From an uncultured Pseudomonadota bacterium (GTDB lineage: Bacteria > Oederibacteriota > Muellerivitia > Muellerivitales > Muellerivitaceae): a stretch of DNA of 64,000 bases. Positions 54,528 to 64,000 of this stretch are shown one piece after another. The stretch is from positions 32,001 through 96,000 of the forward strand of contig CAWIIP010000002.1 in NCBI GenBank assembly GCA_963836235.1. Reading direction: 5' to 3'. Positions within the stretch are counted from its first letter, which is position 1, and each line of letters begins with the position of its first letter. The position numbers and the translations under genes were made by a program. The notes beneath the pieces are model-generated. The model searched no databases. It worked only from the letters and a program-made list of their open reading frames with translations, and had not been told where the DNA came from.

Positions 54528-56096
54528 TTAAGGCTGGTGGGCTGGTTTTAAAAGGTCGAAAACCGTTTTAACTGGAGTGAAAGTTTCTATCGGAACCTCG
54601 ATGAACATCGTCACCCAATTGGCCATAGCCCCGTTCCACAATCCAGGTAGTTCCAACGCTTTTAATTCACGACCTTCAAAGGATTTATGACTAATAAAAA
54701 CCGCATTAGGGTCCCGGTATTTTCTCAAATCAAAAGCTCTTCCCTTCCAATCCCGGACACCACAAATCAAATCCACCGGATTGAAATGGGTTGAACTCTC
54801 AAATATTTTTTTCTGTTTTACATTAGCCCAATCAACTTGAGCGCTTTCAACAATTTGCAATGAAAGTTTTCCTTTTTCGTCTCTCACCCAAAAAGGGCCG
54901 CCGCCCGGTTCACCACTTGCCGGAACAACGCCACAAACACGGATCGGCCGATTTAGGTATGCCTTCAATCGTTGGGCCTGTTGTCTATTGGTTAAGTGGT
55001 TAAAATCCTTTCCAAGTTCCAACCTAAGCGTTCGTCTGGCAAACTCTTCGGCCTCCAGCAAAACGCCTCTCCTGATTTTTCGATTATGAAGTTTAACCAT
55101 CATTTTAAATAAATAAGACTGGACTCCCGACAAGTAACCGCCCAGGATTTTCTTCCACTGGACCGTTTCCTCCAAGTGTTGTTCTAAAGCCACATTATCG
55201 ATATTCTTGATAAAAACGAGGTCTCCTTTGAGCCTATTTAAATTTTCCAAAAGGGCCCCATGCCCCGAAGGACGGAAGACCAAATTTCCCTTTCGATCTC
55301 GAAAAGGTTGGCTTTGTGTGTCAGCAGCCAAAGTATTGGTACCGGATTCCTGGATCGAAAAATCGACGTCAAACTTTACGCCGTATTTTTTCTCATATTT
55401 CTCTCGGACTAACATAAAGTGATTTCGACACTGATCCTTATGTTCTTCCGATACAGTAAAATGTATTTGGCATTGCTTCCTCCTGTCCTTCACATACTGG
55501 ACACCTTCAACCAGATGCTCTTCCAAAGGAGTCCGTTTTTCTGAGGAATAAGCATGAAACTGGATTAGGCCTTTTGGTTTTTGTGAATAGTTCAGCCCTT
55601 CCGGTAACAACAAGGCCTTCAATATTTCCTGAAAGCGCCCTTCCCGACGTAAGGTTTCCAGGTCTAACCGTTTCTTGGCGAGCGTGTGGCCAAGTTCGTC
55701 AAAAAATGCGATTTTGGATAATGATTCCATAAAATCAAGGAACTGACAGCTTTCCTTTTCTCCATGTAAAACCTCAGCCTTGAGAGACGCCGCGGAAAAA
55801 GGTTCCCGCTGCAAAAATTTCATGAGCAAGTGAAACATGCGGCTGGCGGCACCAGAAGCTGGCACAAATTTAGTAAGTTTTCCTTTGGAAACGGCCTTCT
55901 CGTAGGTTTTTAAAGCTTCTTTTTTTTCAGCGGAACTTAATCGGCGAATGCCATCATCAACTTGAGCCGGACGTTCTAATTGGATAAAAGAGGGAGGATT
56001 TCGAAAAAGACAGAGTTGCCGTGAAGCTTCCTTGAGATCAATACCCAAGGATCTCATCTGTTTAATATCTTTCGGGGTCCAGTCGAAGGATTTCAC
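54528..56096 (-). CDS. DUF4301 family protein (nucleotidyltransferase-like)
   Basis: KFVPASGAASRMF, RPSGHGALL, IKNIDNV, GEPGGGPFW, THFNPVD, LPGLWNGAM. Confidence 0.9.
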   Translation of the reverse strand: MKSFDWTPKDIKQMRSLGIDLKEASRQLCLFRNPPSFIQLERPAQVDDGIRRLSSAEKKEALKTYEKAVSKGKLTKFVPASGAASRMFHLLMKFLQREPFSAASLKAEVLHGEKESCQFLDFMESLSKIAFFDELGHTLAKKRLDLETLRREGRFQEILKALLLPEGLNYSQKPKGLIQFHAYSSEKRTPLEEHLVEGVQYVKDRRKQCQIHFTVSEEHKDQCRNHFMLVREKYEKKYGVKFDVDFSIQESGTNTLAADTQSQPFRDRKGNLVFRPSGHGALLENLNRLKGDLVFIKNIDNVALEQHLEETVQWKKILGGYLSGVQSYLFKMMVKLHNRKIRRGVLLEAEEFARRTLRLELGKDFNHLTNRQQAQRLKAYLNRPIRVCGVVPASGEPGGGPFWVRDEKGKLSLQIVESAQVDWANVKQKKIFESSTHFNPVDLICGVRDWKGRAFDLRKYRDPNAVFISHKSFEGRELKALELPGLWNGAMANWVTMFIEVPIETFTPVKTVFDLLKPAHQP

Positions 56097-56212
56097 GAGG
56101 CACCTTCAAAATACAAATAGCATTTATACCATTTAAAGCCAAAAGAGCATTCGACAAAACTACCAAATCCTGTCCCACAAGTAACAACTAAATTTATTTA
56201 AAAAATTAAATT

Positions 56213-56288
56213 TGGAGGCGGCAGGCGGATTTGAACCGCCGAATCGCGGTTTTGCAGACCGCTCCCTTAACCACTTGGGTATGCCGCC
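56213..56288 (-). tRNA. tRNA-Cys(GCA)
   Basis: GGCGGCATACCCAAGTGG...GCGGT-CTGCAAA-ACCGC...GGTTCAAATCC...TGCCGCCTCCA. Confidence 0.95.
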
Positions 56289-56386
56289 TCATGCTTCGAA
56301 TTTAAACGAACAAGCCCAGACAAAGCCTGGGCTTTTGTAAAAATCCAGCCATCTTAGCCTTTAATCTCGCACTGAGAAAAAATAAA

Positions 56387-56461
<75 letters not shown>

Positions 56462-56498
56462 ATATCGGGGTATGATAAGCCCGATCAAATGGAGCGAA

Positions 56499-56527
56499 AT
56501 TATACTTTCCCTAGCTTTCCGCGTCAA
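56499..56527 (-). promoter_or_regulatory. sigma70 promoter of the tRNA-Gly/Cys pair
   Basis: TTGACG-17 nt-TATAAT. Confidence 0.8.
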
Positions 56528-56597
56528 TCAAGGCCCTTCAAAGTTGCCATTAGTAGCGATGACTTATATTTTTCCCGCATGGCAAAGATAAAATTTA

Positions 56598-57419
56598 TCA
56601 GTCTTTTTTCAAACCCAAATCTTTAACCACTTGTTCAATGATATCAGCATCAATATCTTCTCTTTTCAACAAGTAACCTTCCAGCATCGCATTATCGCAA
56701 GTCGTATTAATCAGGCGGGGAATACCCTTGGTGTAATCGAAAATTCTTTGATAAGCATTTGGCGTGAAAACATCGCGTTCACAACCAGCCACACTCAACC
56801 GGTGCTTGATATATTGTTCCGTTGTTTCTCGGGTCAAAGATTTGATAAAAAATTTCATCGCAACCCGTTGCAAAAGTGGCGGGTCCAAGCCAAGGTACTT
56901 TTCCAACTCGGGAAGTCCTAGAAGAACGATGGAAATAAGCTTACGACCCGGCACTTCCAAGTTCAAAAGCCCTCGGAATTCTTCAAAAATTTCTTTTTTT
57001 TGAAGCATATTAGCTTCATCGATCAATACTACGGCTTTACGGCCTTCTTCATAAATTTTCATAAGGCGTTCGTAAAGTTGCGAAATAATTTGACCCTTAC
57101 TTTCGCCAGGAGCATCCACGCCCAATTGGTGCGCAATTTTCTTTAGCATCCATTCGGCTGAAATTTCACTATGGACGATAACGAGAAGGGTTGCCTCGTA
57201 CTGAGAATCTTGCTCCAATTTTTCAAGGGCCTTGCGAGCTAATAAGGTTTTTCCCGCTCCGATATCACCCACCACTACCGTCAAGCCCTTCATTGTATCA
57301 ACGGCGTGAAGCATACGAACCATAGCCTCAGCATGCTGACTGCTTTCAAAATAAAAGCGGCTATCAGGTGCATTGGAAAAGGCTTGTTCTTTTAATCCAT
57401 AAAAGTTCTCGTAGCTCAT
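56598..57419 (-). CDS. ExeA/GspA-family AAA ATPase (no C-terminal domain)
   Basis: YENFYGLKEQAFSNAPD, GDIGAGKT, LIDEA, GLPEL, GIPRLIN..CDNAML. Confidence 0.92.
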   Translation of the reverse strand: MSYENFYGLKEQAFSNAPDSRFYFESSQHAEAMVRMLHAVDTMKGLTVVVGDIGAGKTLLARKALEKLEQDSQYEATLLVIVHSEISAEWMLKKIAHQLGVDAPGESKGQIISQLYERLMKIYEEGRKAVVLIDEANMLQKKEIFEEFRGLLNLEVPGRKLISIVLLGLPELEKYLGLDPPLLQRVAMKFFIKSLTRETTEQYIKHRLSVAGCERDVFTPNAYQRIFDYTKGIPRLINTTCDNAMLEGYLLKREDIDADIIEQVVKDLGLKKD

Positions 57420-57566
57420 CAGGTGTCCTTAAACAGGCCTTAAAAAGAGCTACAAGGCTGCCTGTCACCCTGAAACTCCAGCCTACCGGAAGCCGTCAGG
57501 TGGAATCTGGGATATGGGAAATAGACCGAAGAGTTCCCTCGATGAAATTCCCTATTTATTTAAAAA

Positions 57567-60113
57567 TCAGACGTAGCCTACCCTATTTGACTTTTTTTTG
57601 CCACCCGAATCTTTTTCAGGTTCACCTGGATTCGCAGTCGTGGCAGGAAGCGCAGAAGGCTTGGCCCCAGCTATACTTGAAGCGGAAGTTGATGGAGGCG
57701 GCACGGCAGGGACGGATTCAGGTTCCGTCTTACCGCCCTTAGATTTTATCAAGTTTTCAACATCTCTCAATTTTCTTTTGGCTTCCAAATTGTCAGGTTC
57801 ATTTTGAAGAATACGCCTGTATATTTTAGCGGCCTCTTCTGACAAGCCCTGCCGAACATAGATATCCGCAACGGCAATGGTCATAAACTCATCGTGATTT
57901 TCCTCAAGAACATCCCCCTTAGAAGGTGGCGGCGTACGAGAAGTCGAAAAATCCCCGACCAATGCAGCCTTATGTTTGTCTTCTTGAGTTCTCTTCGCGA
58001 TTTCTTCGCGGGTTCGGCGTTCAGCTTCATCACGAAATTTCTGTTCCATCTCTTCCTTAGATTTCTTTTCTAACTCCTCTCGGACTTTTCGATCAACTTC
58101 CTCCTTGGCCTTTTTCAAACCATCTTCCTTGAGGCGTCGTTCAATTTCTTCTCTTGTTTTTCTTTCCACTTCATCTCTAATTCGCTTTTCCGTTTCCGCG
58201 TGGGTAAGACGCTCCATTTCTTCTTTGGCTTTCTTTTCGGCTTCCTCGCGGGCTCTTTTATCAAGTTCCGTTCGTGCCTGGTTTTCGGCTTCCAAACGAG
58301 CTTTTTGCTCCAATTCTGCCCTTAAACGTTTAGCTTCTTCTTGGGCTTTCTTCTCCATCTCCCCCCTTAAACGTTGTTCTTCTTCTTTGATTTTCTTTTC
58401 TTCTTCCAAGGCACCAATAACATCTTCGCCGGTTTTAACATAAGCTGTATATGCCTGGTTCAACCTAGTTTTGATTTCAACATTTTCCGGATGAGCCTCA
58501 ACTAGCTGCTGATAAATCTCAATAGCCTCTTCAACTAAACCTTGTTTCACGTAATTTTCAGCAATGGACATTTGATCGGCGATTTCGTCCTCATGATTCA
58601 ATTCCATCGTAACAGACTTTATTTTTTCAGGAACAACAGGAATCGAAACGGGCACAGATGAACTCGGGGTAGGTCTAGTATCTTCTGCAAAAGGCTTTGA
58701 AACATCATGCTCCAAATCCAATACACCGGTCACAGAAACCTTCGGAGGCGCAGCGTTTATCTTGGGAGGTAAATCAGGGGTTCCAGTGGAAGGAAAAACA
58801 GACGCGCCAGCGACAACTTCTCCCATCATACGTTTCTGTGCTTCCGAATGTCCCGGATTCAATTCCAAAGTTTTCCTTATAAACTCTCCAGCTTGATCCT
58901 TTTTGTTTTGTTTTTCATAAACCAACGCCAATTTAAAGAAAGCATCCGCTGCCCCATTTTTATCATCCAGTCGTTTCAAGGCATCAGCCAATTTCGTGTA
59001 AGCAATCGCTGAATTCTCATCTATCGCGATGATCGATCGTGCCAATTCGGCAGTTTTCAAATGTTCGTTTTTTGAGGCATATTGCTCGATGAGAATCATA
59101 AGATTATTGACCGCTTCGGTCTTGTTCCCTTTCTTAAGAGAAACCTCAACCCAAGCCTCCAAAGCAACCACATTGTCCTTTTCTATTTTCAGGGCTTTTT
59201 GAATATTTTCCGCCGCTTTATCCGGCTGGTTAAGTTCCAAAAGAACCAATCCCAGATTGGTTAAAGCGCCAACATGATTAACCTTGAATCGAAGAAGACT
59301 TTCGAACTCGGCTTTTGCGTCGGAGAGTTTTTGTTTTTTGAAAAGCACCATACCCAGCACATAATGAGCTTCGATACTCTTTAACTCGACCGCCTTGGCG
59401 GCATAGGCATCGGCATTGACGAGGTCGCCCGCATTCAAAGCCTGTTCAGCCGCGTTCAAGTATTCTTTTTTTGCGTCGCCTTCCGATCCTTGCTTGACGA
59501 ATATTTGGGCTAGGTTAATATGGGCCTCGGTACTGGAAGGATCCAGTTGGACCACCCTCGCATACATTTCCTGCGCTTTTTTATACAAACGATTTTTCAG
59601 GAAAGTCGCACCCAACACTTGATATTGTTTGACGGCCTCGGCCACTTGCCCTTTTTTCTCGAATAATTCCCCAAGTTTATAAAAAGCCGCAAGATTTTCG
59701 CTGTCCATTTTTAAGACTTCGCTTAAAGCCTCAATAGCGGAATCCACATCCCCCTGCTCCATGGCCGTCTCAGCTTTTAGGGTTTGTTTGATCATGCTTT
59801 GTCTTTTCTGGGCGTCGGAAGGAAGAAGACCCGTATCCAAAACGGCTATTTTTTTATTAACAATGGCAGCCTTGTCCGACTGCCCGCGGGATGAAAAATC
59901 TGCAGAAACTTTAACATACTCTTCGAACGCTTCACGGGTCGAACCCTTTTTCACGTATACATCGCCTAACATATTATGGGTATTAATATCTTCAGGATCC
60001 AAAGCAATGAGTTTTTTGTATTCCTCTATCGCCTTGTCCCATCGGCCTTCTTGGAAATAAATATAGGCCATTTTAACGATATTTTTTTTATCCCCGCTGG
60101 CAGGAGCGCTCAT
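57567..60113 (-). CDS. large cytoplasmic TPR protein with E/K/R-rich helical insert
   Basis: Many N-terminal TPRs, Pro-rich linker, long EEAEKKAK-type charged region, C-terminal TIAVADIYVRQG TPR. Confidence 0.88.
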   Translation of the reverse strand: MSAPASGDKKNIVKMAYIYFQEGRWDKAIEEYKKLIALDPEDINTHNMLGDVYVKKGSTREAFEEYVKVSADFSSRGQSDKAAIVNKKIAVLDTGLLPSDAQKRQSMIKQTLKAETAMEQGDVDSAIEALSEVLKMDSENLAAFYKLGELFEKKGQVAEAVKQYQVLGATFLKNRLYKKAQEMYARVVQLDPSSTEAHINLAQIFVKQGSEGDAKKEYLNAAEQALNAGDLVNADAYAAKAVELKSIEAHYVLGMVLFKKQKLSDAKAEFESLLRFKVNHVGALTNLGLVLLELNQPDKAAENIQKALKIEKDNVVALEAWVEVSLKKGNKTEAVNNLMILIEQYASKNEHLKTAELARSIIAIDENSAIAYTKLADALKRLDDKNGAADAFFKLALVYEKQNKKDQAGEFIRKTLELNPGHSEAQKRMMGEVVAGASVFPSTGTPDLPPKINAAPPKVSVTGVLDLEHDVSKPFAEDTRPTPSSSVPVSIPVVPEKIKSVTMELNHEDEIADQMSIAENYVKQGLVEEAIEIYQQLVEAHPENVEIKTRLNQAYTAYVKTGEDVIGALEEEKKIKEEEQRLRGEMEKKAQEEAKRLRAELEQKARLEAENQARTELDKRAREEAEKKAKEEMERLTHAETEKRIRDEVERKTREEIERRLKEDGLKKAKEEVDRKVREELEKKSKEEMEQKFRDEAERRTREEIAKRTQEDKHKAALVGDFSTSRTPPPSKGDVLEENHDEFMTIAVADIYVRQGLSEEAAKIYRRILQNEPDNLEAKRKLRDVENLIKSKGGKTEPESVPAVPPPSTSASSIAGAKPSALPATTANPGEPEKDSGGKKKSNRVGYV

Positions 60114-60516
60114 AAAACCTCTAAAACTATATGAAATACCAAAGTTACTATAACATTGGCATTTTTTATTCGCAAGGAAATGAGACTTATTGCAAGGCTT
60201 TCGACCCTAAAGAAACAAAAAATTTCATCTACAAGACAAGAAGATATGACAAAAGGGGTAGAAACAAGACAAATCTAGCCATAAAGTGTCGAAAAACCTT
60301 TTCCAATCTGATCGACAACCAGAATCCAAAACAGATCAATAGAATTTTTTCTGAAGAGAACCTCTTCGAGGAATCATTCCTCTTTTGATCCATTTGATAA
60401 AACACACAAAAGCCGACTACCTTTCGAAGCTTTTTTTATCCTTCAAAAGAAATAAATTCTTCTTTAGTTTTTTCGAGAGACCTTTAAACTTGGCTAAGTC
60501 TGACTTCCAAATGATA

Positions 60517-60855
60517 TCAAGCTTTGAAATCGATATGGCGAATTGATTGGTTCTGAAGGGAACTTTCCTTCGCTTCCGAATCCTCGTTTTCCAGCGAACC
60601 GTCTTTTAAATATCGCGAAGGTTTATAGCCACCCGCGTCAGAATTCGCTTCACCCTTTACATTGTCGATCTTTTCCGGGCTATTTTTTTTAAGAAATTCT
60701 TCTGAGACTTGATGGGCCTTTTCAACTTGCTCTGCCACCTCCGCCCTGGCGCGATTAGCTTGGCGAAGTTTCGTGGACTCCTGAGCGGCCTGGGCAATCG
60801 CCATGCTATCGGCAATTACCTTCATATAATTATTCGTATTTTGAACACCCCGCAT
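60517..60855 (-). CDS. hypothetical protein
   Basis: AAGGAGG RBS; 112 aa; ends HIDFKA. Confidence 0.7.
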   Translation of the reverse strand: MRGVQNTNNYMKVIADSMAIAQAAQESTKLRQANRARAEVAEQVEKAHQVSEEFLKKNSPEKIDNVKGEANSDAGGYKPSRYLKDGSLENEDSEAKESSLQNQSIRHIDFKA

Positions 60856-61034
60856 CCCGACAAACCTCCTTCACATTAGAAAAAAGAAATCGAATACATT
60901 TTCAATTCTTGATTTTAACAATTCTCAAGGATAAAGTTCAATTGTGTCCTATCTCAAAAATCTCGAAAAAACCTAAGAAATTGTCCACAATTTGTGAACC
61001 TTTTCAAAACTTGAGGTTATATTCTTTTTTATCA

Positions 61035-61628
61035 TCATCTCGCTTTATTATTCAACTTTGCCAATGGGGCATAACGAAAACAACTCTGGATATGGTCATT
61101 AACCATTCCAACAGCTTGCATATGCGCATAAAGTACCGTGGGTCCTAGAAATTTGAACCCTCTTTTTTTCAAATCCTTTGCCCAAAACAAAGCTTCCGGA
61201 ATTTGAGTTGGGTAATCCTTTAAAGTTTTAAATCGATGTTGACGTGATTTCCCTCCCACCCAGGACCACATATATCGAGAAAATGTTCCAAATTCCCGGC
61301 GAACATCAAGGAATCTTTGGGCATTACTAATGGTCGCAAGTATCTTTGCCCGATTGCGAATGATCCCTTTGTCATTCATCAACCACCGGACATCATTGAG
61401 TCCAAAACGGGCAATTTTATTTACGTCAAATTCCGAAAAATCCTTTCGAAAATTGTCTCGTTTGTGTAAAACGGTTCTCCAGGAAAGACCCGCTTGAAAT
61501 GATTCCAACACCAGAAACTCAAATATTTTCCGATCATTGCGAACCGGAACACCCCATTCCCGATCATGGTAACGTCGCATGAGGACATCATCCTCACCCG
61601 GCCAGGGACAACGTGATAATAGTTTCAT
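61035..61628 (-). CDS. tag: DNA-3-methyladenine glycosylase I
   Basis: RCPW, YHDREWG, QAGLSW, IIRNRAKI, MQAVGMVNDH. Confidence 0.95.
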   Translation of the reverse strand: MKLLSRCPWPGEDDVLMRRYHDREWGVPVRNDRKIFEFLVLESFQAGLSWRTVLHKRDNFRKDFSEFDVNKIARFGLNDVRWLMNDKGIIRNRAKILATISNAQRFLDVRREFGTFSRYMWSWVGGKSRQHRFKTLKDYPTQIPEALFWAKDLKKRGFKFLGPTVLYAHMQAVGMVNDHIQSCFRYAPLAKLNNKAR

Positions 61629-61723
61629 GGAAGTGGATTGAACTGGTTATAGAATCGAGTCATCGTCCCTAGTTTGGAGCGTCAGTAGAAAGGACCAAGA
61701 AGACAAAAATAGAAGAATCGCTT

Positions 61724-62767
61724 TTACCGAGTAAGGGTAGTAAGGTCAACTTCATCCCCGATCCAAGCGGATCCAACGGCTATGCTCGGACCAGCCACGA
61801 TAATATCCGTTACAGCAGCGTTATAAGCCACTCCGTAAGTTCCCGTTCCAGCAGGCGCTGGGTAAGCCGAAACTGGATAAGTGAATGGCGAACCCACGCT
61901 GGTACCGGTGGGAGATTGATAAGTCGTCACAGCAGCGGGAGAAATTTCTTCTACGACTGCGGAATCATAATTCCCGGGGTAAACCGCACTGGCCGTAGAG
62001 CCATTTGCGGCGATAGTAATATTACCCGGAGCGTTGACGGTTGCGGCTGCGGTTCCCAGTGACGTCACGGCATAAAGAGAATATGGAGAATTGGGAACAT
62101 AGGTAAAGGAATCGGATGCAGCCACATACTCTGCAACAGAAACACCGGAGTAGGTTGTGTTGGCCGTGTAAGTTACTGGAATAGAACCATTCAAGGGAGT
62201 AATTAGCGTCACCGCAGCAGTGGTGTCGGGAATTAGATTCGTAGAGATATACACAGTGCAGGTTGTCGCTGTAACGCTGTAACTATATCCGCTAATTGAA
62301 ACGTTCGTCAAATCTTCAAGGAAAATACCTACGACCATAAGCCCCATAGTTCCAATGGGAGTAGGCGTGAATGTCGGGGTTCCAGGAACCGGAGTTGCAG
62401 TTTTCGTGAAAGTGAAGGTCGAAGTCGAAAGTAAACTGGTATTGGTGGGGGTTGAAGAGCTTGTGTCTGTCGGAGTATTAGAATATGTAAAGGTAAACGT
62501 AGGGGTGTAAGAGAATGTGGAAGTATAGGTAGGCGTAAAGGAAGAAGGAGTTGAAGTAGCTCCCCCTGGGTTAGTGGCTGTGGAAGTAAAAGTGAAAGTA
62601 GGAGAAAAGGTCGGGGTGGAAGTAAAGCCGCTCATATTCGTAGGGGTTGGGGTCAATGCCAATGAAGCCGATATGGGCGCCGTCACGTAACTTTTTTCGC
62701 AAGCAATCGGTGCCAGGGAAAGAACGGCAATAATCCATAAGGCACGTAACTTATAACGATTTTCCAT
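61724..62767 (-). CDS. Thr/Pro-rich lipoprotein
   Basis: Lipobox-like APIA|C after MENRYK, about 110 aa of TPTFT repeats, beta-rich C-terminal domain. Confidence 0.8.
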   Translation of the reverse strand: MENRYKLRALWIIAVLSLAPIACEKSYVTAPISASLALTPTPTNMSGFTSTPTFSPTFTFTSTATNPGGATSTPSSFTPTYTSTFSYTPTFTFTYSNTPTDTSSSTPTNTSLLSTSTFTFTKTATPVPGTPTFTPTPIGTMGLMVVGIFLEDLTNVSISGYSYSVTATTCTVYISTNLIPDTTAAVTLITPLNGSIPVTYTANTTYSGVSVAEYVAASDSFTYVPNSPYSLYAVTSLGTAAATVNAPGNITIAANGSTASAVYPGNYDSAVVEEISPAAVTTYQSPTGTSVGSPFTYPVSAYPAPAGTGTYGVAYNAAVTDIIVAGPSIAVGSAWIGDEVDLTTLTR

Positions 62768-62992
62768 AAACACCCTCAAAATATAAAATTCAAAAGCAGA
62801 CGAATTATACCATAAATAAAGCAAATGAAATTTGGATGGTTCTAACTTTTCACTTTGTCCAAAAAGACCCATAACCAAAGGATTTTTGCCAAACTAATTA
62901 AATAAAAAGGAAGAGCCGACGATTAATTTCAGAAAAATCGATTAAATGAAAAGGTTTCACACATCATGCGCTCGAAGGAAAAAGAGCCTAGG

Positions 62993-63358
62993 TTATTTTG
63001 AAATCTTTTGAAGATAGGTACCTAAATCAACAGCGTCATCTTCCTTGATGGCTAAAAAATGAAGCCCGGCTCCGGAAGTATTAGACCATATCACCTCAGC
63101 AAAAGCCGAAAGAGGAACAGACCGGGAAGGAAGAGAAATCTTCAAGGTGAGAATATCCCCCATGTTTAATACTTGGTCGGCCACAATAAACATCCCTCCC
63201 AAGCTCGTATCTTGCGTTTGGCCCACCTTGGTTTTTTCTCCTAATTCCCTGATATTCCGAATTTCCTTGTGGTCTTCCATCACGAGGTAGCTAACGGGAA
63301 TTTTGGCCGGAACCCTAGGATGAGCCCTTTTATCTAAAAAGATATTCGCTTCTGGCAT
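62993..63358 (-). CDS. PilZ domain protein
   Basis: RAHPR (RxxxR) and DTSLGG (DxSxxG). Confidence 0.92.
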   Translation of the reverse strand: MPEANIFLDKRAHPRVPAKIPVSYLVMEDHKEIRNIRELGEKTKVGQTQDTSLGGMFIVADQVLNMGDILTLKISLPSRSVPLSAFAEVIWSNTSGAGLHFLAIKEDDAVDLGTYLQKISK

Positions 63359-63475
63359 TTCAATCCCCCCACTTGAACAAGTTTAAATGTAATCGAGAAA
63401 AGACTATGACTTTCTAAAATTTGTTGGCCCCGCTTGGCTGAAATTTAAAGTCACGTCCCTACCTCGGTAAAAAAC

Positions 63476-63847
63476 CTAAGAACCCTTGGAAAAGGTTTGT
63501 AGGTAAACCTCTAAAGCCTTTGCGTCTTCCTCCCGCATAGATAAAAAATGGAGACCCACACCTTCCGCCTTGATCCATACCACCTCAGCAAAAGCGGAAA
63601 GCGGTGTCGTCCGAGAAGGAACCGAAAATTTAATTGTCAGGACATCTCCCTTGTTCAGGGCCTGGTCACCCGCGAGCATCAACCCACCCAGACTTGCGTC
63701 AAGGGTTTCGGCTTTCTTAGTTTTTTCGATCAATTCTCGAATGTCTTTAATTTCTTTATGCTCTTTCATCACGAGAAACGTAACGGGAATATGAACCGGT
63801 ACCCGAGGAAAAGCCCGCTTATTTAAGTACATTCTCGCTTCGGGCAT
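63476..63847 (-). CDS. PilZ domain protein (tandem paralog)
   Basis: RAFPR and DASLGG. Confidence 0.92.
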   Translation of the reverse strand: MPEARMYLNKRAFPRVPVHIPVTFLVMKEHKEIKDIRELIEKTKKAETLDASLGGLMLAGDQALNKGDVLTIKFSVPSRTTPLSAFAEVVWIKAEGVGLHFLSMREEDAKALEVYLQTFSKGS

Positions 63848-64000
63848 TTATCCAACCCTTTCCTCTTCAAATCCATCGTCCACTTCAATCCACAATTTGA
63901 ACTTTATCGGTTATAAGCAGGATTGTCAATCACGGGGAAGATGGCTCCTTTTTTCACAAGAGGAACAAATTATGGCCGTCTAGTGTCGAATCATCACTTT

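Noticed and set aside
57970-58410. Repetitive TTC-rich DNA as a repeat array
   Set aside because: Explained by Glu/Lys/Arg codons of the charged helix.
60131-60388. 85 aa plus-strand ORF
   Set aside because: Lies in the AT-rich promoter region of the TPR gene, with no RBS or motif; probably spurious.

Overview
Bacterial chromosomal window from a diderm organism (secretin and outer-membrane barrel present; lineage not determinable from sequence alone), with most genes on the minus strand. Core content: hom-thrC-lysC-cimA-murI, mreBCD-mrdA-rodA, thrS-infC-rpmI-rplT-trmH-pheS, greA, fur, ppa, tag and tRNA-Val/Cys/Gly. Accessory content: a fragmented Tad/Flp pilus locus with a CpaE-CpaF fusion, a TPR/charged-helix protein with an ExeA ATPase, tandem PilZ genes and several orphan exported proteins. 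The most notable element is a sulfur-carrier system. A SAM-I riboswitch precedes a second ThrC-like enzyme, followed further downstream by a MoaD/ThiS carrier with a masked di-Gly, a stand-alone NIL protein, a degenerate ThiF and CysK. The two ThiF/MoeB genes have complementary defects: 4007-4699 has the ATP-binding motifs and Cys but lacks the N-terminal Arg-finger helix, while 12390-13058 keeps that helix but has lost the ATP-binding motifs. This suggests a bacterial heterodimeric E1 analogous to SAE1/SAE2 or APPBP1/UBA3 (inference). No CRISPR array, rRNA, transposase or integrase was recognised. All calls come from motif recognition by eye; no searches were run.
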